From the IMG/VR virus record IMGVR_UViG_2909979649_000004: DNA of 64,000 nt. One strand, given 5' to 3'. Within the stretch, counting starts at the first letter, position 1; each line of letters starts with the position of its first letter. Made by a program: the position numbers and the translations under genes. Below the pieces are notes generated by a model. That model had not been told where the DNA came from. It did not search any database and saw nothing but the letters and a program-made list of their open reading frames with translations. Shown here in pieces: positions 56,621 through 64,000 of the stretch. The stretch comes from a virus. Its lineage: Duplodnaviria > Caudoviricetes.

Positions 56621-57937
56621 TTGAATCAAGAATACTTTAGTCTGCTCACTAAGCTTGGGCAGGCCAGGATTATTAATGCCCAAGCATTGGGTAAAACGGT
56701 TAAAATCACCAAACTGAAAGTGGGTGACGGTGGTGAAGATGGCGGTAAAGAAACCAACCCCAAAGAAACGGATACATCACTGGTTAGAGAAAAATGGCAG
56801 GGGCCTATTAATAGTATTTTCCAAGACCCGGATAACGATCATTGGCTGGTGATTGAAACGGTCATCCCTGAAGAAGATGGTAACTTTTATATTACTGAAT
56901 TTGGACTGTATGATACAGATGATAATTTAATTGCCATCGGTAAATACCCGAAAACGTATAAACCCACTTTGGCTCAAGGTAGTGGTAGTAGCCTATATAT
57001 AAAGGTTATTTTTGAGCTAAGTAATACAGCGAATGTAGAACTTAAAATTGATCCTGCAATTGTATTGGCTTCTCGCTCATATGTTGAAAACTTGTTAGCC
57101 AATAGTTTTTCACAAATACCGGTTGCTGCAGAAATACTGAATGACGATAACCGGCTTAAAGTCAATCTGAGTAGCCAATTATTAACGATAAAGCCCAATC
57201 AAATTATACGCTGGCGCGGGTGGAAAAACTTCAATACGGCAAGTTATTCAGAAGGTGAACGTACATTCTCCTATGAGCAAGACAAAACCTATCACTTACG
57301 ATGGTCACCTTCTATAGGCTTCAATTTAAGAGACTTAGAGGATAGCACGTATAATACTCATGGTTTGGATGAACAACATGTATCTTTTGATTCAAGCTAT
57401 GACGATGTGTTGTTAGGGAAAATTGAAAGCAGTGAATTTTACCCAACGATCATTGCATCTAAACGGATATATCGACCACAAGTTTCCGGCAATGGTACGC
57501 TATGGTTACCGCTAGGCTATCGAGATCGTTCTTTTCGTTTATTAGTCACGATTAGAAATCAACAGCAGAAAGGAAATATTTTAATCAAGTCAGTTGATAA
57601 GGCGCATACTGCATTATTTACCATGAGAGGAAACAATCATGGTGACAACATGAATGTTGAATTAGATAGTGATGATGAATTTTGGTTGACAAGCAATAAT
57701 AGTAACGGTGAAGTCAGTATTAGTACATTAACCGGCGATATCATTGATGACTTGCTGTATATGCAAAACCATCAAAGCGAATATGTGAAAAAAATTCAAC
57801 CAGGCAATACGATTGATGGTGATGAAGAGCTTTTTTCGATGGGAATAAAGCGTTTAACGACTGAACAAGTTAAAAAAGGGCTACCACTGGAATATGAAGA
57901 TATTGAAAGTGCCACTATTACCTTCGAAGTATTTTAA
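56621..57937 (+). CDS. Tail fibre / receptor-binding protein
   Basis: P2 gpH-type N-terminus (VGDGG, EFGLYD, TYKP, IDPAIVLASR); tip shared with the prophage 1 fibre. Confidence 0.9.
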   Translation: MNQEYFSLLTKLGQARIINAQALGKTVKITKLKVGDGGEDGGKETNPKETDTSLVREKWQGPINSIFQDPDNDHWLVIETVIPEEDGNFYITEFGLYDTDDNLIAIGKYPKTYKPTLAQGSGSSLYIKVIFELSNTANVELKIDPAIVLASRSYVENLLANSFSQIPVAAEILNDDNRLKVNLSSQLLTIKPNQIIRWRGWKNFNTASYSEGERTFSYEQDKTYHLRWSPSIGFNLRDLEDSTYNTHGLDEQHVSFDSSYDDVLLGKIESSEFYPTIIASKRIYRPQVSGNGTLWLPLGYRDRSFRLLVTIRNQQQKGNILIKSVDKAHTALFTMRGNNHGDNMNVELDSDDEFWLTSNNSNGEVSISTLTGDIIDDLLYMQNHQSEYVKKIQPGNTIDGDEELFSMGIKRLTTEQVKKGLPLEYEDIESATITFEVF

Positions 57938-57996
57938 ATAAATTTACCCTACCTTGTATTTTTGACTTCATTCTTTAACCATAAAAAGGAATCCTC

Positions 57997-59193
57997 ATGC
58001 CAGGTGAATTTCTCCATGGCGTCGAGGTCGTTGAAATTGACAGCGGCCCACGCCCAATACGTACAGTAAAAAGCAGCGTGATTGGTTTAGTCGGCACAGC
58101 CCCCGACGCGAAAGACGACGTTTTTCCCTATGACACACCGATTTTATTAGCGGGTAGCTTAAAAAAGGCTAAACAATTAGGTAAACAAGGCACTTTACCT
58201 GCCGCCTTGCAAGGTATTTTTGATCAGATTGGGGCGATGGTGGTGGTTATTCGGGTTAACGATAAACCGCCTGTATCCCCAGAAACCACAGATAATGAAA
58301 ATACGGCACTGAATGCCATTATTGGTAAGCAAGGTGAACCTAATACCGGGATGTATGCCTTCCTGGATGCCAAAAGTACCGTCCATGTCGAGCCCCGGAT
58401 TTTAATTGCCCCAGAATTTTCGCATATCAAGGCTGCTGCCCAAAAATTGGTTCTCGTAGCAGAACGATTAGGTGGTATCGCGATCATTGATGGCCCTAAT
58501 ACGACCGGTGAAGAGGCGGTTAAATATCGTGATGTATTTGGTAAGCGTTATGCTTACCTAATCGACCCCTGGGTTAAAGTCTGGAATAGTGACATCAACG
58601 AAGGTAAAGGCGGCATTGTCATTGAACCCCCTTCGGCTCGTGTGGCGGGATTAATGGCTAAAATCGATAACGATCATGGCTTTTGGCATTCCCCGTCGAA
58701 TAAATTAATTAACGGTATTTTAGGCACAGCCCGACCGATTGATTTTAAATTGGGGGATAAAAACTGCCGAGCCAATTATTTAAATAGCCATGATGTCACT
58801 ACCATTATTCAGGAAGACGGCTACCGTCTTTGGGGTAACCGGACCTGTAGCGCTGATCCGAAATGGGCGTTTGTCAGTGTGGTGCGCACCGCGGAGATTA
58901 TTTATGACTCATTGCAACGGGCACATCTATGGGCGGTTGATAGAAATATCACTAAAAACTACATCGCCGATGTCACGGAAGGTGTAAATAATTATTTGCG
59001 CCGGTTAAAAAATATCGGTGCAATATTAGGTGGCACGTGCTGGGCGGACCCTGAATTAAATACCCCGGATGCGTTAGCCGATGGCAAGGTGTATTTTAAT
59101 TTTGATTTTACGCCACCCGCGCCAGCGGAACATATTACCTTCAATGCCACCTTAACCGACGATTATTTTAAGGAGGTGTTTAATGCACGCTAA
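57997..59193 (+). CDS. Tail sheath, FI-like
   Basis: FLHGVEV, GFWHSPSN, RLWGNRT, PAEHITF motifs. Confidence 0.95.
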   Translation: MPGEFLHGVEVVEIDSGPRPIRTVKSSVIGLVGTAPDAKDDVFPYDTPILLAGSLKKAKQLGKQGTLPAALQGIFDQIGAMVVVIRVNDKPPVSPETTDNENTALNAIIGKQGEPNTGMYAFLDAKSTVHVEPRILIAPEFSHIKAAAQKLVLVAERLGGIAIIDGPNTTGEEAVKYRDVFGKRYAYLIDPWVKVWNSDINEGKGGIVIEPPSARVAGLMAKIDNDHGFWHSPSNKLINGILGTARPIDFKLGDKNCRANYLNSHDVTTIIQEDGYRLWGNRTCSADPKWAFVSVVRTAEIIYDSLQRAHLWAVDRNITKNYIADVTEGVNNYLRRLKNIGAILGGTCWADPELNTPDALADGKVYFNFDFTPPAPAEHITFNATLTDDYFKEVFNAR

Positions 59194-59686
59194 TCACGTC
59201 GCTTATGCCACGTTATTTATTGATGGGGCCAGCCAAGCGGGACGGGTTCAATCCATTACCTTGCCCAAGCTTACCGTTAAAACTGAAGAGTTTCGAGGCG
59301 GTGGCATGGATGGGGTCACTCATTTAGATATGGGAATGGAAGCCATGGAGCTGAGCTTCACCATTGATGACTGTAATACCGACGTCCTTAAGCATTTTGG
59401 TTTCCAAAAAGGCAAACAAGTGCCGTTTAATATTAAAGGCGTCCTGCGCAATCCTGGTCAGGGTGAACAAGGGATTGATGCGGTTTGCCGAGGATTGGTG
59501 AGTGAGCTGGATTTTGGGGAGTGGAAGCAAGCGGAATTATCCAGCTTAACCGCCACCCTCAAACTGGATTACTACAAACTCACCATTAACAACCAACTGA
59601 TTTACGAGATTGATGTGGTTAACCATGTGCGTAATGTGGAAGGCACTGACCACATGCAGAATATTCGAGAATTATTAGGCTTATAA
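59183..59686 (+). CDS. Tail tube, FII-like
   Basis: LPKL, RGGGMDG, YYKL, EIDVVN motifs. Confidence 0.93.
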   Translation: MHANHVAYATLFIDGASQAGRVQSITLPKLTVKTEEFRGGGMDGVTHLDMGMEAMELSFTIDDCNTDVLKHFGFQKGKQVPFNIKGVLRNPGQGEQGIDAVCRGLVSELDFGEWKQAELSSLTATLKLDYYKLTINNQLIYEIDVVNHVRNVEGTDHMQNIRELLGL

Positions 59687-59745
59687 AAAAACAACTATCT
59701 CAATCAGCTGACAAGCAAACAAACACACAACACAATAGGAATACC

Positions 59746-60018
59746 ATGAGCGAAATTATTACTTTACATTACCCCATCGAAATCAATGGCGAAGTGATTA
59801 ACGAAGTTACTTTACGCCGCCCTAAAACCAAAGACATGAAAAACATTGAAAAGCGGGGTGGCGGTGAAATTAGTCAAAGCATTCATATGATTGCGGATTT
59901 ATCCGGCTTGGATATTAACACCATAGAAGAGCTGGACGCTGCAGACTTTCAACGCTTGAATGAGGTGGTGGCTGGTTTTTTAGACTCGACTGGCGATCGG
60001 TCCAGCAAATCTGTTTAA
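59746..60018 (+). CDS. Tail assembly chaperone, gpE-like
   Basis: LRRPK, LDAADF; slippery T TTT TTA at 59976-59982. Confidence 0.88.
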   Translation: MSEIITLHYPIEINGEVINEVTLRRPKTKDMKNIEKRGGGEISQSIHMIADLSGLDINTIEELDAADFQRLNEVVAGFLDSTGDRSSKSV

Positions 60019-60116
60019 ACCTGTCGTATTATCTGCGAGGTACCCCATTGTCCGAACTGTTAGACATGGACCTCGACGACCTGCTTGATTGGTACAAATC
60101 CCTTCCTAAACAATAA
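59976..60116 (+). CDS. gpE' -1 frameshift extension
   Basis: Canonical slippery heptamer; -1 frame gives ...SELLDMDLDDLLDW..., the E' pattern. Confidence 0.8.
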   Translation, partial: FFRLDWRSVQQICLNLSYYLRGTPLSELLDMDLDDLLDWYKSLPKQ

Positions 60117-60244
60117 CCATGATAATCAAAGGGAATCGTTTTTAGGGGCGGCATCAAATGATGAAGCGAAGGAGCTTATAAAAAATAAGTGACTGAGCTG
60201 AAGAATGCAGATAACAAACCCTAAAAATTATTCACGAAGAGTAT

Positions 60245-62245
60245 ATGGCGAATAAACTCAACATTGCTATCGGCGCTTATATTGATAAGTCGCTGGCAAA
60301 GTCCTTTAAAAAAACCGAATCCGCTGCCAGTAAATTAGGTAAAGCCTACCGGGAAACCAATAAAAAACTGGCCGCTGTACGACAGGTAGATCGGTATCGC
60401 CAACGCTTAGCTCAATTACGTCGGCAACAGCAACAAGCCGGGGGAAGTAATCAACAGTTAGCCAATGCGATTCGGCGTACCGAGCAATCCTTATCACGGG
60501 CCTCTCGCTCTGCACAACGCTATGGAGTCAATTTAAATAACCTGGCCCGCACCCAGCGACAGTTGCAGCGTACTGCCCGTTTTCAAGGACTTCAGCAATC
60601 GGGGATGCGACGGCTTGGCCAGTTAAAAACCGCCGGTAAATGGGCCGCCGGTGGATTAGCCGGGGCGGCTGGCGGACTGTTAGCCATGGTAAAATCCACG
60701 GCTGATCGAGGTGACCCAATTGCCAAACATGCCGCCAAACTGGGATTTACTATTGAAGGACTCCAAGAGTATCAATATGCCGCTGAACGCTCTGGGGTAT
60801 CGACGGCACAGTTTAATACCGCCTCACAACGGATGGTACGACGGGTGTCGGAAGCCGCTGCCGGGATTGGTAAAACCGGTAAAGCACTCAAAGAATTAGG
60901 GTTGGATGCTAAGTGGTTAAACTCACTGAAACCTGAAGAGCAGTTTGAGCAAATCTCAGAAGCGATGAAGCATATCCCCAATAAAGCGGATCGTGTACGA
61001 CTGGCCATGAAGCTATTCGATACCGAAGGTGTCGGCCTGGTGAATATGCTCAATGGAGGAAAAGCGGGCCTTGAAGCATTAAGAAAAGATGCCAGAGCCA
61101 CTGGCAATATAATTTCAAAAGAAGATGCTAAAAATGCCGAGGATTTTCAGGATGCCTTTTTAGACTTTAAACAAATCATAGGCAGTGTCAGTACATCCAT
61201 TGGGGCCAAGTTTATGCCCTTGGTTACCCGCATGATGATTAAGTTTAAAGCCTTTCATGAAAAATACGGCGCTCGCTTTAATCGATTGCTAATCCAGGTG
61301 GCGGATTCCTTAGTGAATGTGGGTCGCTTTATGTGGAGCCTGGGTAAAACGGTATTTACCGTTGCCAGTCAAATTAATCATTTTATTGAGGCTACCATTG
61401 GCTGGAAAAATATCGCGGCTGTCGTCGCTGCTTTAGTTGGGGTGAAATTAGTGGGTGCGGTATTAGCCGCTGGTACCGCCATAATGGCATTAATTCCAGC
61501 CATTAAAGCAGTGGGCTTAGCGATGATGGCCAATCCGATTGGCCTTATCATTAAAATCATTGCTGTTGGTGCCACATTAATTATTACTAACTGGAGTACG
61601 GTTTCTACCTTTTTAGGGGATACCTTTGATGCCATTGCTAATGCTTGCAGCTATGCATTTGAAATAATTAAAAAATACTTTCTCAACTTTACGCCACTCG
61701 GTTACATCGTTTCCAACTGGGATGGCATCAGTAATTTTTTTAGCAAACTATGGGATGGGATTGGTAAGGCGTTTGATGGTGGTGTGGCGGGTATTGCTAA
61801 GAGTTTTTTAAGTTATTCCCCTTTAGGGTTAATGATGAAAATCTGGCAGCCCGCCATTGACTGGCTACGTAGTAAATTTAAATGGATTAATACCGCCATT
61901 GAAAAACTAAAAGGTATTAAGCGCTGGTTTACGGGCGATGATGAGGAAGACAAACAAACCGCTGCAGGCAAAGTCAATCAACGGATGCAACAACGCCGAG
62001 CCCAGATACAAGCGACACAAGGCGTCAATGCCAAGCAAATCGAAAAGCGGCTACAGCAAATCAACCAACAGAAAAACATGAATGTTACCACTCATCTCAA
62101 TGCACCGATCACAATACAAGGTGCAACAGGCATGTCAGCCGAAGAAATTGCCCAGCAGGTTAATGCCAAGCTAGAAGAGCGTGAACAGGAAGCCGAAGCC
62201 AGGCAGCGAAGTGCTTTATACGATATGGATATGGCTACCCTATGA
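60245..62245 (+). CDS. Tail tape measure protein
   Basis: Long helical protein after E; ANPIG motif and Trp repeats. Confidence 0.9.
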   Translation: MANKLNIAIGAYIDKSLAKSFKKTESAASKLGKAYRETNKKLAAVRQVDRYRQRLAQLRRQQQQAGGSNQQLANAIRRTEQSLSRASRSAQRYGVNLNNLARTQRQLQRTARFQGLQQSGMRRLGQLKTAGKWAAGGLAGAAGGLLAMVKSTADRGDPIAKHAAKLGFTIEGLQEYQYAAERSGVSTAQFNTASQRMVRRVSEAAAGIGKTGKALKELGLDAKWLNSLKPEEQFEQISEAMKHIPNKADRVRLAMKLFDTEGVGLVNMLNGGKAGLEALRKDARATGNIISKEDAKNAEDFQDAFLDFKQIIGSVSTSIGAKFMPLVTRMMIKFKAFHEKYGARFNRLLIQVADSLVNVGRFMWSLGKTVFTVASQINHFIEATIGWKNIAAVVAALVGVKLVGAVLAAGTAIMALIPAIKAVGLAMMANPIGLIIKIIAVGATLIITNWSTVSTFLGDTFDAIANACSYAFEIIKKYFLNFTPLGYIVSNWDGISNFFSKLWDGIGKAFDGGVAGIAKSFLSYSPLGLMMKIWQPAIDWLRSKFKWINTAIEKLKGIKRWFTGDDEEDKQTAAGKVNQRMQQRRAQIQATQGVNAKQIEKRLQQINQQKNMNVTTHLNAPITIQGATGMSAEEIAQQVNAKLEEREQEAEARQRSALYDMDMATL

Positions 62246-62649
62246 GCTATACACTGCTTAAGCTGGGTGATTTTATCTTCTCGATCAAAACAGCCAGCTA
62301 TCAACAGCTGCGCCAACAATGGCAATTTAAATGGGCTAGTCAGCCTATTATTGGTGGTTATCCTCAGCAGCAGTATACCGGAGAAACCGTGCGAACCATG
62401 ACCTTAACCGGCACCATGTACCCTGGTCAGTATGGCAGTCGTGACAGCCTGCTTCATATGGTTGAGCTAGCCGGTACAGGTGCGCCTTTTATCCTGGTAG
62501 CCGGCACTGGCGAAATACTCGGCTACTGGTGTATTACCCAAGTCAATGAAAACGGCTCTTACCCAGATAAAGAAGGCAAGTGCCGTAAAATAGAATTCAG
62601 TGTGAGCATAACCTACTATGGCGACAGTCTACCGAACAAAGGACGGTGA
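62242..62649 (+). CDS. Tail protein U-like
   Basis: LGDFIFS, QYTG, LVAGTG motifs. Confidence 0.9.
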   Translation: MSYTLLKLGDFIFSIKTASYQQLRQQWQFKWASQPIIGGYPQQQYTGETVRTMTLTGTMYPGQYGSRDSLLHMVELAGTGAPFILVAGTGEILGYWCITQVNENGSYPDKEGKCRKIEFSVSITYYGDSLPNKGR

Positions 62650-62821
62650 TACCCTGGATTGGATTTGTAAACAATATTATGACGATGAAGTTTATGTGCT
62701 GCAGGTGTTAGATGCCAATCCGAGGTTAGTGGAGCAAGGGCCTGTATTCACAGCTGGTATTGAGGTCTTTTTACCTGAAGTTAGCAGAATACCTAAGATA
62801 AATGAGGCATTATTTCAGTAA
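62618..62821 (+). CDS. Tail protein X-like (LysM-like)
   Basis: GDTLDWIC, VLDANP motifs. Confidence 0.9.
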   Translation: MATVYRTKDGDTLDWICKQYYDDEVYVLQVLDANPRLVEQGPVFTAGIEVFLPEVSRIPKINEALFQ

Positions 62822-62825
62822 TACA

Positions 62826-62860
62826 TTGACTTAATCAGTTAATACTCATAGTATGCGCTC
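62826..62860 (+). promoter_or_regulatory. Stable-RNA-type sigma70 promoter
   Basis: TTGACT-17-TAGTAT followed by a GC-rich discriminator GCGCTC. Confidence 0.8.
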
Positions 62861-62868
62861 CACGCTGA

Positions 62869-62945
<77 letters not shown>

Positions 62946-63067
62946 ACCGATTTAAACTCACTTCGATTTTATCCTTCTAAACAAAACCCTTTTTTAAATA
63001 TCTTCTATTTTATTCATTCCATTTTTTAAAACATTCCTTTATCAATAAAATAATACTGCTACCAACA

Positions 63068-64000
63068 GTGATTAATTGTCAAATCAAAATTAATTCCCAG
63101 TTAATAGACTTCAGTCGTCATCTAATCAGTCTCGAACTCACCGACGAAGCGGGTATCAAGTCCGATAGCGTAACCCTCAAGCTTTCTGACCCTGAAGGTA
63201 ACTTACCCATACCCGCCAAAGGCACCAAGCTATCAGTCGCTATTCAGAATATTCATATGGGTGATTTTATTATTGATGAGGTGTCACTCTCTGGCCCACC
63301 TAATCAAATGACCATTCAGGCTAAAGGTGCCAACCTTCGCGATCAGCTCCGTAGCCCTAAATCACGCTCATGGCATCAAAAAAAGTTGGTAGATATTGTT
63401 ACCACAGTGGCTAATGACAATGGTTTGAAGCCTAAAATTGCAGAAGTATTTACTTCTATTGTCATTGATCATATAGACCAGACAGAAGAATCTGATATTA
63501 ATTTTTTAAGTCGAATTGCGTTAGATCATGGGGCAATTGTTAAGCCAATGATGGAACATTTAGTGTTTGTCGAGCGAGGGAAAACCAAAACAGCAACCGG
63601 TAAACAATTGTCAGCAATAACAATTTCTAAAATTAACAAATGGAATTTAAAAGCCCCTGACAGGCAATATTATAAAAGTGTTGCGGCTAAATATCACAGT
63701 GCTGAAGGTGGTAAGACAGAGCATGTAAAGGTGGGTAATGGTGAACCGATCTATACTATTAAAATGGTATATCCAACCAGGGAAGCAGCCAAAGCCAGCG
63801 CTAAAGCCAAGTTAAGTGGGTTAAATGATACAGAAGCCAGTTTAAGTATAACTGTGGTAGGTAATCCTGAATTGATAGCTGAGCGGCCAGTGGTTATTCA
63901 AGGCATAAGGACATGTGTTGATGGTCGGTGGGTGGTGAAGCAGGCAAAGCATTCGGTGAGTGCTTCTGGGTATACGACGAGTGTTAGTTTAATTAAGTAA
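63068..64000 (+). CDS. Late control/baseplate hub protein D
   Basis: TDEAGIKSD, HIDQTEESDINFL, GNPEL, GYTT motifs. Confidence 0.92.
   Translation: MINCQIKINSQLIDFSRHLISLELTDEAGIKSDSVTLKLSDPEGNLPIPAKGTKLSVAIQNIHMGDFIIDEVSLSGPPNQMTIQAKGANLRDQLRSPKSRSWHQKKLVDIVTTVANDNGLKPKIAEVFTSIVIDHIDQTEESDINFLSRIALDHGAIVKPMMEHLVFVERGKTKTATGKQLSAITISKINKWNLKAPDRQYYKSVAAKYHSAEGGKTEHVKVGNGEPIYTIKMVYPTREAAKASAKAKLSGLNDTEASLSITVVGNPELIAERPVVIQGIRTCVDGRWVVKQAKHSVSASGYTTSVSLIK

Overview
The window holds two different prophages in tandem, joined at a 26-bp att core (27458-27483) that matches the 3' end of a tmRNA/tRNA-Ala-type gene on the minus strand. Prophage 1 (from before base 1 to about 27.48 kb) is a P2/HP1-like myophage: ogr, portal, terminase, capsid, tail, lysis, baseplate and fibre genes, then a cargo region. 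The cargo has three Hsp20 genes with a sigma32-like promoter and a ROSE-like thermometer, a probable cos site, and an integron relic missing from the ORF track. The relic consists of a LexA box, a decayed 5' fragment of an integron integrase, a pseudogenised cassette, a well-formed 61-nt attC, and a three-gene Lamassu-type defence operon with cassette-like ends. An RRM RNA-binding gene follows. Prophage 2 (27.46 kb to beyond 64 kb) has a lambdoid early region, an HK97-type head and a P2-type contractile tail. Its morons are a second, inverted RRM gene, a GNAT-EVE plus ASCH pair bracketed by two alternative integrase 3' ends, a pentapeptide-repeat pair, a voltage-gated K+ channel and an initiator tRNA with its own promoter. 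The two prophages share a 261-bp identical fibre-tip block, a structured 120-170 bp repeat and the RRM gene. All calls come from reading motifs and synteny by eye. No database searches were run.
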